Under the pieces are notes generated by a model, which was not told the DNA's origin, did not search any database, and saw nothing but the letters and a program-made list of their open reading frames with translations. Below, piece after piece: positions 40,920 to 52,620 of a DNA stretch of 64,000 nt. The stretch is from Chiloscyllium plagiosum (lineage: Eukaryota). Each line of letters starts with the position of its first letter. The stretch's first letter is position 1. The stretch spans positions 25,087,248 through 25,151,247 of the forward strand of contig NC_057749.1 of the NCBI RefSeq assembly GCF_004010195.1. Direction: 5' to 3'. The position numbers and the translations under genes were made by a program.

Positions 40920-41228
40920 GTGTTCTCTATTATAGGACAACACTACTATTATCGGACAAGCCAGAGAACAGCCAGGGAATTCCTAGAGGCATGGCACTCA
41001 TCCACAAATTCAATCAATAAGCACATCGACCTGGACCCAATATACCGGCCACTGCAGCGGACAGCTGGAACTGACAACCGGAAGCGGCAGGGACAGGCCA
41101 CTATAAATGCCGGAGGAAACATCACAGAAGCGCTTCACAGGAGGCTCCCAAGCACTGAGGATGTCACCTAGACAGGGGACGAAACGTCTGCAACACAAAT
41201 TCCCAGCTCTGCGAACAGAACCACAACA
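40920..41228 (+). mobile_element. Penelope-like element 3' fragment (GIY-YIG endonuclease C-terminus + terminal repeat)
   Basis: RTAREFLEAWHSSTNSINKHIDLDPIYRPL is typical of PLE ORF ends; followed by a hammerhead motif. Confidence 0.85.
41152..41191 (+). ncRNA. Minimal type I hammerhead ribozyme motif
   Basis: GCA-CTGAGGA-T-GTCACCT agac AGGGGAC-GAAA-CG-TC-TGC: stem I GCA/TGC, intact core, stem II with one mismatch, palindromic ACGT stem III. Confidence 0.7.
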
Positions 41229-41678
41229 ATCTTCCCCCAAACTTTCTCTCCATTTATTTAACATTACCACTGGAGACTTGGTGGTTTTGTTATTTAAAGT
41301 TTTCCACGATGTCAAAAAAGCAAACTAAACTGAGCCTTGGTTGCCAAACCAGCGAACTTGTGTTTTTTTTTCCACACCAGGATGGCTCTTGACGTTCTGC
41401 AGACAAAGTGTCTGTCTTGCTGATTTTAGCACCAGCATACAGTAGACGTTGAATAACCCTATGGTACCCACAGCTGACTTGCTATTCCAAATCTGAGCAA
41501 TGCTTTGATTCAACCTTAAGTTAAAATGGTGACTTCAGATGGCCGTGAATTGCTGTGATCAGAAATACAGAATGCCTTTTAATTTGTGCGTTGAAAGGAG
41601 AACTTTCCTCCTGGAGTTGTCATCTACTCCAAATTTGACTTTGTAATTACAATGAATTTTTTTTGTCCTTCACCTCAG

Positions 41679-41741
41679 ATGCGCTGGTATCCTCCATCTG
41701 AAGCATCTCCACAAGGATGGAAATCTCGTCAGTTTTGTTAA
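41679..41741 (+). CDS. RBPMS2: RBPMS2 stop-codon exon, [20 protein letters not shown]; exon continues 7 nt to a GTAAGT donor at 41749
   Basis: T-rich tract + cctcAG acceptor, phase 0, conserved RBPMS-family terminus GWK.RQFC, TAA at 41739-41741. Follows a 28 kb intron. Confidence 0.96.
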   Translation: MRWYPPSEASPQGWKSRQFC

Positions 41742-41964
41742 GTATTTAGTAAGTACCTTTTGGATGGTAATCAGCATTGCTCGGGCTGATTTTGCCTTTC
41801 CCTCTTATTTGTCTTTCTCTTTCTGTTCATTATTAAAATTTACTTCAAAGTTTGTGTAGAAATGTCTTAATTTCCTATTCGGTATTGACAGTCCTAGTTC
41901 AAACTCCACATTGCATTCTTGGTCATTAATTGTAGTTGAATTTATCAAGTCCATTTATTGAGTG

Positions 41965-42385
41965 ATAGTTATACAGCACAGAAACAGATCCTTCTGTCCA
42001 CCTCGTCCATATCAACTGGATATCCTATATTAATCTAGTCCATTTTGCCAGCACTTGGCCCATATCCCTTTTAACCCCCCCTGCCCCCCCCCACCAATCA
42101 TATACCCATCCAAATGCCTTTTAGGGGGGGGGGGGGGGGAGAGCTTGGCTATTTACCCTATCCATGCCCCTCATGATGTTATGAGCAAGGTCACCCCTCA
42201 GCCTCTGCTCCAGGGAAAACAGCCCCAGCCTATTCAGCCTCTTTTTCCCCCTAGCACAAACCCTCTAACCCCAGCAACATCATTGTAAATCTTGTCTGCA
42301 TCTTTTAAAGTTTTGCAACATGTTTCCTAAAGCAGGGAGACCAGACTTGAATGCAGTATTCCAATAGTGGCCTAACCAATATCCT
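41965..42385 (-). mobile_element. CR1 3' fragment
   Basis: Similar to the other CR1 3' ends. Confidence 0.8.
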
Positions 42386-43484
42386 TTGTCTTGACCCCCC
42401 TGGCACCCCCCTTCACTTCAGTGTTGCTTGTGTTACTTTGGCTCTCCTGGAATGACCTAGCAAGCCCTATAAGTTCAAGTGCAATTAAGGAAGGGCATAA
42501 ATGCTAACCTTGTCAGTCACACCTACCTCCCAGGAACAATAGTTTTTGTAAAAAAAAAAATCACGAAGAAATTTGGCCTCAATGATTTGGGAACTAGAAT
42601 GTTCCTCCAACATTGCAAAATGAAGTTGTGTACAAAAAGGTTCCGGAAATAATTCTCAACCAAGTCCTCCTGAAATTTGTCCAAGTCATGTTTTGTGTAA
42701 TGTTATGTAATCTGGAATAAATTTCATGCTGTACTAATAGTAGGCAGTCTAGACATTCTCTCTTCCTTCACACCCCCCCCCCCCCCCCCCCCCGCGCTAA
42801 TAGTGATTTCATACACAGGCCATTTTGCCCAGTAATATCCCTATACACTCTGGAAAAATCTGCTCAATTTAGTCCCTTTCCTAATTGTCCTGTATTTCTC
42901 TATCCAGTCCCCGCCCCCCGCATTTTTTTTTGAAAGTTGACTGTATCTGCTTCAAGCACCCTGACAGGCAATGAATTGTAACCACCAACATTGTTTTCAC
43001 TTTTATATAAAAAAAAATTCAGATTTCACTTCTGTTGTTCTGCCAGTTACTTTAAATCCATGGTTACTGACCTTCCTAGCATGAAATTTCTTATCTACTC
43101 TAGCAAATTGCTTTGGCATATCTGATGAAAATCTCACTCCTCTGAGGAGGACATGCCCCAGCTTCTCCGATCTCTCAACATAAATATTTATCTATCCACA
43201 GGATGTGGGTGTTGCTGGCTAGGCCCAGGATTGATTGGCCGTTCATCCTTGCCCTGGGGAAGGTAGAGATGAGCAGCTACCTTTGAACCCCAGCAGTCTG
43301 TTGTGTAGTTACATTGTGGTGTTCAGAAGGGTGTTTCAGAGTGGCAACCGTAGATTATAGTTCCAGGCATCCCAAGTTTCTTATTTCTTGAGCTATCCCA
43401 ATAAATCTCCACTGCACCACTTTTTTAAAAAAAAAATTCCTAAAGTGTGGTGCCTCAGTTCATCATACTGTTGCCAGTAACTTA

Positions 43485-43692
43485 GCTTGCTGGTAATTTA
43501 GAGTTGGCTGTGCGGTGATGGAAAAGCAGAGCAGGTTGGACAGCATCCGAGGAGCAGGAGAATCGACATTCCTGTTTCCTGGTGAAGGGACTATGCCAGA
43601 AACACTGATTTCCCCTGTTTCTCCGATGCTCCCTGACCTCTACTGTGCTTTGATCTCGATTCTGATCTGCAGTCCCCACTTTCTCCTCCTCC
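43485..43692. mobile_element. Palindromic Penelope-derived element
   Basis: Inverted arms; flanked by TTGCCAGTAACTTA (43471) / TTGCCAGTAGCTTA (43693). Confidence 0.65.
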
Positions 43693-43751
43693 TTGCCAGT
43701 AGCTTAACAGGATTTTATTTCTTGCTGCTATTTAGAGTCCTACAGCATGGA

Positions 43752-43920
43752 GGTGGAAGTGGGTACTGCGGATGCTGGAGATTAGTCTAGATTAGAGTGG
43801 TGCTGGAAAAGCACAGCAGGTCAGGCAGTATCTGAGGAGCAGGAAAATCAACATTTCGGGCAAAAGCCCTTCGTCAGGAATGAGGTGTGCTTTTCCAGCA
43901 CCACTCTAATTGTGACTCAT
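43752..43920. mobile_element. Partly palindromic Penelope-derived element inserted in a CR1 tail
   Basis: Flanked by a CAGCATGGA direct repeat; - strand core CTGACGA-A-GGGC tttt GCCC-GAAA. Confidence 0.65.
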
Positions 43921-43969
43921 CCAGCATGGAATGAGTCTTCTGCCCAACTCATCCATACCAACCAGATAC

Positions 43970-44172
43970 CCCGTGTCTGCGTGGGTTTCCTCCGGGTGTT
44001 CCAGTTTCCTCCCACAGTCCAAGATGTGCAGGTCAGGTGAATTGGCCATGCTAAAATTGCCCGTAGTGTTAGGTAAGGGGTAAATGTAGGGGTATGGGTG
44101 AGTGGCGGGTTGGTGTGGACTTGTCGGGCCGAAGGGCCTGTTTCCATACTGTAATGTAATCTAATCTAATCT
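43970..44172 (+). mobile_element. 5'-truncated HE1-type SINE
   Basis: Core and (TAATC)n tail. Confidence 0.88.
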
Positions 44173-44650
44173 ACTGTCCACCCTTAATTGCCTATAGGGG
44201 GGGAGTCAACACACTGCTGTGGATCTGGAGTTACATATAGGCCAAACCAGCTTTTAATTTGCTAAAGAACATAAGTAAACCAGATGGGTCTTTACACCAT
44301 TTTAGGCTAGCTTTTGACTCCAGATTGTTTGTTTTTGTTTTACTGGTGTAAATTCCACCATCAGCCATGGTTGGACTTGTTCTAGACACCCAAGTTCAAG
44401 TCCATCAGCCTGAGACTTTGGATTGCAAAAACCTGTGATGACCTCTGACAACAATTTGCTTCTCCCCCTGGTTTCCAAGACTGAGATGGCACGGACTATA
44501 TATTTGCAACTCTTTGATTCTTGTGGGGGATGTCGTAGACCCCAGAAACATGCGCAACAACTGTGTGGCAAATATTTAGCTTGGAAATGTTTTGCAGAGC
44601 TGAGCATGTTGCCTAGTGATTTTAAAATGGGTTTGTCTTCCTCTTTCCAG

Positions 44651-44737
44651 ACTGCCCTTCTCCAACAATTCCGATTTCTCCATGGAGTGATGCGCAAGAA
44701 CAGGCTGGATTTTTGTTTTCAGGTTGGAGTTTACTGA
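44651..44737 (+). CDS. RBPMS2: Putative alternative C-terminus (TALLQQFRFLHGVMRKNRLDFCFQVGVY*) used if exon 41679-41748 is skipped
   Basis: Acceptor tttgtcttcctctttccAG at 44650; phase 0 join to ...LHAQ. LLQQFRF resembles my recollection of the alternative human RBPMS tail (PLLQQIRF). Confidence 0.55.
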   Translation, partial: TALLQQFRFLHGVMRKNRLDFCFQVGVY

Positions 44738-46674
44738 AGGGTATTTTGGATAATTGGCTCATTTCCACTCGACTTGGAGGGGGTGGCGTGATCACTAAGG
44801 ACTGTGGATTTAAGAACTTTACTGGTGAACACTTTTGTTTCCCCCCCACATGGGAGGACCTATAACCTGGCAGTCAGATCCATCTGATGCAAGGACCAAC
44901 AAGAAAATGGCACCCCTGCTCTGAAGCTGCAAGGTTAAAGGTTGACATTGGAACTGTGAAGTACATTGGCAATGGCACACCACATCTAATGTATTTTCTT
45001 TTTGTACATCTTATTTTGTGAATGCACGCATCGGGTCTTTGTATTTGATCGTTTTGTTTTGCCCCGTTCCCCCTTTTTTCTTTCCCCCTCTTATAGACCT
45101 GGGTTGCCTTTTTTGTGAGGATGGTTCGGCAAAGTAAACATAACAGTTCCCAGCTGGAGGTGCTGTTTTGAGGGGAAGCTATCATCATCCAGAGCCTTTT
45201 GCCATTTGGAGGGATTTTCCAGCTGACCGTTTCAGGATGTCCACCAGTTTACTTTTGAAGTTGCCACAGCCTTTTTTTTTTGGTTTTGTTTAGTGCCCTT
45301 GGCTTGTTAACTTGTCTCTTCTGGAGAAAACCAGTCTTGCCAAATATCAGCTGTTCCTGTTAAAAGTATTTTGAACGATATTGAGTACAAGTATTTTTGT
45401 ACTGGTGTAATGAAGAATATTTATGCATCAAGGATTTTTGTGCAATTAAAATTGTAATCTGTATTATAACTTAATGTTAGTTCAGTTGTGTTTTGGAAAT
45501 GCTGATTATAAGCCCATATGGTAGTTTAAGAAAAGGTGCAATTGTATTTTTTTTTTTTGCTTACTTTGCTTGGTGTTAAGTACTTAAAGTATTAAGAGTG
45601 TGGTTGTTTTTGCTTGTACAAGGACTGCAAGATTTGAGATGTAAGTTGCTGATCCTTCTAGAATGTGAAACTGGATTATAAAAGACAGAATGTTCAATAG
45701 CTTGCTTTTGCAGTTGTGTATGATTCTCCAAGGTTCCGTGAAGCTGCAGATTTCTTGTACAATTTTTAGAGCCTGATTTTTGCGATCCTCATGCTGTTCA
45801 TGTGGTGTGATCATCAACTACTTTAAATACGGAAACTGACTGGTGACGCTACTGTAATTTTTTGGTGTGGTAGAATGGACCATGTCCATTGATGCCTGTG
45901 GATGAGTCAGTTGCAAACATTGTGCAATATTTTAAACTTGTATGGGATCCTCTGATAATCCACTCAGCTGTGTAACATTTCCTCTCTCCAGAGGAAGTGA
46001 ATGAATGCAATTGATTCACTGGGTTCATTGCTCATTATAATTCCAAGTCTAAGATGGTGCAAGAACTATGCTCTTGTATCTTTTGGGTTTTGTAAATGCT
46101 ATAAATTTATACTCCAAAGCAAGAACCTGGACCTGTAATGTTTAGCGTTAATTTTCCTCATTGCTTTTTATTTTCAAAGGTTCCTATTCATTCCTGTCTT
46201 GCTCTGACTTGCTGTGAGGTGATTGACTGACTGTGTGTGTACACATGTGTCCAGACCTTATAATTCTGCTACCCATCCACACTCCCCTTCAGTTGTGCAT
46301 TCTGCACAAACACCTTTCTTGCTGATATGTAATGACCGATCCTGGGCAGGACGATGGGCTTCGGGTTGATGTGAAGGATTTGAAATGCTTAGTGTACCAT
46401 GCATTGTCCTTTTTAAAACCTGTTAAATGCGCGGTAATTCAACTGTCAGTGATGAAAGCTGATGCTTTCTAATGCAATATTTAATACAACTGTTGGGACA
46501 TTATTTCGAAGTTGATATGAACTGTTTAAATTTGTCTAAACACTATATTCTTGGTTTCTGGGCTAAGTTGTCATTTCGATATTGCAAGAAGCTAAATGTA
46601 CATTTCCTGTTAACAACTTCGGGGAATTAAATTGCTGACTTTTTAGATGGAGCATAATACTACCAGATGAGACC

Positions 46675-46680
46675 AATAAA
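46675..46680 (+). promoter_or_regulatory. Candidate polyadenylation signal AATAAA (second candidate 46886-46891)
   Basis: Canonical hexamers at the distal end of the repeat-free UTR block. Confidence 0.5.
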
Positions 46681-46924
46681 TGCAAAGACAATAAGCATTT
46701 TTACAATAATCTGTGTTGGGACAAATGAAAACTACACATGAAACTACCCATGTTTGCAAATATTATATTGTAGTCTTTCAAAGTGTGGCGAGGCTATACT
46801 TTTACACCTGGGTGGTGGTGGAAGAGTGTGGACTTGCACTTAGATTTTGCCTCCATCCATTATTAGTAGGTAGCTAATTCTTACTAATAAAGTTGAGCAT
46901 TTAATCTGTTATTTAGTGTTCGAG

Positions 46925-47110
46925 TCAGAGGTAGAGAACAGAAACAGACCTTTCAGTCCAACTCGTCCATGCTGACCAGATACCCGAACCTAATCTAGTC
47001 CCATTTGCCAGCATTTGGCCCATATCCCTGTTGACCCTTCCTATTTATGTGTACCCATCCAATGCCTTTTAAATGTTGTATTGTGCCAGCCTCTGCCACT
47101 TCCTCTGACG
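46925..47110 (-). mobile_element. CR1 3' tail fragment
   Basis: GAAACAGACC.TTCAGTCCAACTCGTCCATGC tail. Confidence 0.8.
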
Positions 47111-49021
47111 CGTGCCATCCACTGAGAAAGGTGCCCCTTTATACAAGTGTCATCCCATTGCAGCATCCAATTAGATCTATTTAGGCCTTTGCCTATTCAT
47201 TCATGTATTCCTGTGTACCTCACCAGACTGATGCCTTGTTCTGAGCATGCTGGATGCTGCTCCTAGTATGGTCTGCTGCATTCTTTTGAGCCAGGGTTGA
47301 TCTCCTGGTCTGACAGTAATAGTAGAGTGGAGGATATATTGAGCCATGTGATTTGCAGATGGTGGTTAATGCATTCCTGCTGTTGCCGATGTTCCTCATG
47401 GCCAGTCTCCATTTGGCAGATTTTGTTCAAAATTGATCCTGTTTGGATGGATCTATTGGTCAGTTGGGCTGACCACCACAAAGTCATTGAAGAAATGAAA
47501 TCCTCCCTTTACACTGAGGAGAACGGTCCACTGTTGCATGGCATTGCCTGATCATCAATGACCTTCCTTCAGTTACGAAGTCAGAAGCATAGGTGTTCAA
47601 TGCACAAAGTTCAGCACCATTTGCAATGATGCAGGTACATGTGCTTCTGCAGCTGATAAGTGCTGATGTAATCTGGTGTCTCCTCATGGGGAGCACAAGT
47701 CTTCCAGTTCAGAAGACTTAGTGTGACATCCAAGCGATTGGGTATTTTGCTTTCAATCCAGTTGTATTTCCTGAACATATACGGTGATGGGCGTTTCCAC
47801 ATGTGGGTCAAAATACATCAGCACTGCAGCTAATATGCCAAACACCCCTTTTGTTGTGCAGTTGTCCATTTTTATTCAGTAGCTTTAGCACATCTCTAAT
47901 TCCTGCATAATTAGTGAGTTATTGGTGAAGGTTGATCTCTAATGAGTACAACTAACTTTTGCTGTTTATCCAAGAACAACAGAAAAATGCTGGAGAAACT
48001 GAGTTTAGCAGAACGTGTGGAGAGTTTTCTCCAGAAATTTACTTCCAGACTGGAGTTTCTCCAGCAATTTGTTCTTGTTTCAGATTTCCAACATCTGCAT
48101 TTTTCTTTGTTTACTGCTGATCATGTTCTGGTTTGTCCTTTTTGGGCAGTATGGTCCATCTGCTTGATGCAGTTAGTATCTAACAGCACTGACATAATAG
48201 GCTTCTGGGATGCGATGGAAAGTGAACTTGGACCTCTGTGGTACTTAAGCACCTTCATGAGTGACAAAGTATAATCTCAGCTGTAGACTCTGCGAGTGGT
48301 ATCTGCAGATTTCTCCATCACACTTTGAGCTTTGTGAAGAGACTCGGTTCTCGGATCAGGTTGTGAATACATGGCAGGTGATGACTTTGCTTCCCATCTT
48401 GGCGTTGGCATGTAGAGATGTCATTCACGGTAATGAGTGGGATTTGCTTCAACAGTTGGGCACCTTAATCATTCTTTCTCTGACACTTTGCAGATTACCA
48501 ATGACAAGCTACCACATTGCAAACCTGGCTCCATTGACATTTGGATGCAAGAGCCATGACCAATCTAAAGTAGCCAAAGGTGTCACTGTGCAAACTTTTG
48601 CCTTCTGTCCTATTAATGTGGGTTACAGTAGAGTCTTCAGGTTTAAAGCCAAGTGTATTGAGCAGGTTTAGTCCTATAAGGCTGTGGAGGATATGAAGCT
48701 TTTTTTGGCTGATGATCTTGTGGTGTACTAAACTTGTGATCATTCCCAAAGCTGGAATAATCAAGTTGCCTTAAGCTTAATGTCTCGGTCACAGGAGTGA
48801 GAAAGCTACAAAAAATAATCACCATTTTTCGCTTTAAATAAAACATTTGTCATCAATTTAATTTGTTAAAAAGTGGCACTGCCCGACTCTTGACTGAGCT
48901 GTGGGTAAATGAGAGATTTTTGGGTAGAGTTAAAAGGCAGACTATACCGTTACAGAACGGAGCTGTAGAGGGATCTAGGTGAACAGCAAGTGATTTAAAG
49001 AGGCCAATGAGATGGTGTTTT

Positions 49022-49311
49022 TTTAGATTCTCTACAGTGTGGAAACAGGCCCTTCGGCCCAACAAGTCCACACCGCTCCGCTGAAGAGAGCCACCCAAAC
49101 CCATTCCCGTCACCTATATTTACCCCTGACTAATGCGCCTAACGTGGGCAATTTAGCATGGCCAATTCACCTGACCTGCACATCTTTGGACTGTGGGAGG
49201 AAACCCACACACATACTGGGAGAATGTGCAAACTCCACACAAACAGGTGGAAATCGAGCCCAGGACCCTGGTGCTGTGAGGCAGCAGTGCTAACCACTGA
49301 GCCACCATGCC
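49022..49311 (-). mobile_element. HE1-type SINE
   Basis: Family similarity. Confidence 0.88.
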
Positions 49312-50742
49312 AGGGAATTGAACATAAAGGAACTTGTGCTTAAATAATACAAAACATTTATGCGTCTACATCAGACTGGTTAAATAGAAACACCAAAATT
49401 GAGCGCACAAATGCATTGGAACTAGCTGAGGTGGTTTACCAGATTGATAACTGGAATTTCCTTTTTTGAATACGCTGGGCTTATATTCACCGGCATTTAG
49501 TGAGAAACTATATTTTGATTGACGTGCATAAGGTCCTGAATGATCGTTAAGGTGGATCAGTCCAGAACTGGGAAGGCACTTTATTTTTTTGGGTGACTTT
49601 TTTTTTGGACAAAAGGGTGGAGGAAATTCTGAAAATCTTGAGATTTGAGAATATTGTTCCCACCTCCATTGCCCAACGCAATAAATGTTTTGAGATGGGA
49701 AGGCTAGGTTCTTATTGAGTGCAGATAGGAATATGGAATTCTGAGCAAAGGTTATATCTGTCATGATATTGAACAGGCTTTGGGTCGGTTATGAGTTAGG
49801 TGCAGAATCGCACCCCCCTCCCCAATCAGGGCACTAAACAGAATAATATATGCTTCTGCTTTTAAAATGTTTTGTGCTGGTCATTGTGAAATTTGTTGAA
49901 AACGAAATTAAATCCAGCTGACATTTTACTTCAATTCACTCTTGGGTGATTTGACGTGCAAGTTGCATCTAGAGTTCACTACTTCTGTGCTTAATGTTAA
50001 AAATCACATACCATCTGGTTATGGTCCAACAGGTATATTTGGAAGCACTAGCTTTTCAGAGCGCTTCAGAAGCTGGCTGACTATACCTGGTGGGTTTTTT
50101 TAAAATTCGTCCAGCATCAGCACCTCCAAATTATTCTTAATGCTATATCCCTTTAAGATTGTCCTTCAAAACCTCCAATGCAGACCAACACTGAAGGGTA
50201 TCCCCGTTGAGTGAGCAAGCTCTGGTTTCCTGACAGCTAGAAGTTAACTCAATCGAGCTGTAATCTCACTGGAGTGAATGATTGTTTGATCACTACCACC
50301 TGACTCTATTACATTTGCTTAGGCTATAGTGTTCAACGTCCTATTAGCTTTGATTTGCTCTGCACATATTTGTCATTGACTAGGAATCAGAGGTTGCAAG
50401 TTCATTTTGGTTCCTCTGTATCCTCCATCTCTTTCCATTTCTCCTTTCAAATTATTTGCAAACTTCCGTTGATCTCTCAGCATGGGGCAAAAGCTGATCT
50501 TGCTGACATAGGTAGTGGTCACTTTACAAATCAGCCACTGTTGAGTCTTGAGATCCCAGCCACTACCTTGAGACCTTTTTTTTTCTATTTCAGATGGTGG
50601 TGAGTAATGATGGCTGGCTAACCAATAATGATATCCAAGTGCGCGCTCAATAGTGTCTTAATAAATACTGAGTGAACTGCAGATATTGTAAATCGAACAA
50701 AAACAAATTGCTGGAACAGCTCGACGTGTCTGACAGCTGCTT

Positions 50743-51020
50743 TAGGGCGGCACGGTGACTCAGTGGTTAGCACTGCTGCCTCACAGCGCCAGGGACCTGG
50801 GTTCGATTCCAGTCTCTGGTGACTGTGCCTGCGTGGGTTTCCTCCCACAGTCCAAAGATGTGCAGGTTAGGTGAATTGGTCGTGCTAGATTGCCCACATT
50901 GTTAGCTGCATTTCTCAGGGGTAAATATAGTATGTGGGAATGGGTCTGGGTGGGTTACTTCTCGGAGGGGTGGTGTGGGCTTGTTGGGCCGAAGGGCCTG
51001 TTTCCACACTAGGAATTCTA
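50743..51020 (+). mobile_element. HE1-type SINE
   Basis: Family similarity. Confidence 0.88.
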
Positions 51021-52334
51021 GTTTTTCTGTGGAGAGGTCGAGTGACCCTTCAGAAGTCAGTATATTTTTGCTTTAAATACATTTTATAGATGTTTCAGCT
51101 TTTCTGATGCTGCTCAAAATACACAAACTGAAGGGCCTGTAAGGGATCCAAATTGAGAGGGGTACAACAATCTGAAGATTTGAACAGCTTGGAGCTTTAT
51201 GCTATTGAATAGAGAGGCAGATTTGTGGCAAGCTATGAAGGTTTTGGTAAGGTAATTGTAGAGAAGGGCATTTTTCTAATTGATGTCCAAAACTAGACAG
51301 CTGATGACTTATGGTAATATAAGAAATTTGGGGACAGTACGTACTTGTAGGGTTGAGCAATTGAGGTGATGAGGTTAGAGGATCTAGACAAGAGACTGGT
51401 TGGAGAGAGATGAAATAAGGGGTGAACAGGTTTTGCAGAGTATGGGGTGGGGGTGGTGTGGGGGACAAGGCACTTGGGACAAATAGCTAGACTGTATCAT
51501 TAATGTTAATATTATAAGTATTGGATTTCCCCTTCAGTCCCCAGACCCTGTCACTGAACTCTTTTAACCATAATGTTAGACCCTATATCCAGCTCATCAA
51601 GACCAGATACTTAATTGGTTGAGGTCTGAGATTTAGATTCCAAGTTGTTCAGTTTCCATTCTGAACACTGACTTGAGATTTTACCACCTTTTATTTAAAG
51701 GTTCATAAATGAGAGATTTTTGAACGCAAACTGAGTGAAATAATTGCATGTACTGCAGAGTCATCTGCATCTGTTGAAGACGTTTGAGCAATTTGTAAAA
51801 ACTATGCCTTTTTCTGCACTGTTTACTTCAATTTGTTACTGTCTGTTCTCTCTGCTAATTAATATATACTTAGCCCCTTGTAGCAATTGAAGGAATCCAG
51901 AGTGTAGAATTGCTTAATGATACTAGCATCAAGCAGTGTAATGATTTAAGTTGCCTGACCCCAAGCAAAAGGTTTGCTATTTTAAGCTGGTCTTTGCAAA
52001 GATCTCCAAACAGTGAGGTGTTTTATTCTGAAATGGTCTTCGTTGGCTTTAATTCCTCTAATTAAATCTATATCCCAAGGTGGTAACTTTGTGTAAAGGA
52101 ATTGGGCTAACCTTGTTTATTGACCATGCATTTAGCAGTTTGATCAACATGTGGGCTTTGATCCACTCAGGATTAGATGGATTTGGCACACTAACTTTCT
52201 TTTTTATGTCCTGGACTCAAAATATGGCACAATTACATTTAACCTTGGGATCCATCTTCCTTCCCTTGCATTTTGAGTATCAAAAAGCTGGAGGACAAGG
52301 TCAAATGGGTCAGAGGACTTTGTGCACTTTCTGC

Positions 52335-52620
52335 AGCACAGTGGCAAAGTGGGTAGCACTGCTGCCTCTCAGTACCAGGGACCCGGGTTCAATTCCAGCC
52401 TCTGGTGACTGTCTGTCTGTTTGGAGTTTGCACATTCTCCCCGTGTCTGCGTGGGTTTCCTCCGGCTTCCTCCCACAGTCCAAAGATGTGCAGGTCAGGT
52501 GAATTAGCCATGCTAAATTGCCTGTAGTGTTAGTCAGAGGGAAATGAGTCTTGGAGGGTCGGTGTGGATTTGTTGGGCCGAAGGGCCTGTTTCCACACTG
52601 TAGGGGAATGGAATCTAAAA
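52335..52620 (+). mobile_element. HE1-type SINE
   Basis: Family similarity. Confidence 0.88.

Larger units (their letters stand above)
44651..46910 (+). other. RBPMS2: RBPMS2 terminal exon / 3'UTR (3' end approximate)
   Basis: Good acceptor after the post-stop donor; ~2.2 kb T-rich stretch free of recognisable repeats in an otherwise repeat-dense window; AATAAA at 46675 and 46886. Confidence 0.65.

Noticed and set aside
44423..44650. 5' part of the 104 aa ORF as coding
   Set aside because: It lies upstream of the 44650 acceptor, starts in a SINE relic and has no recognisable homology.
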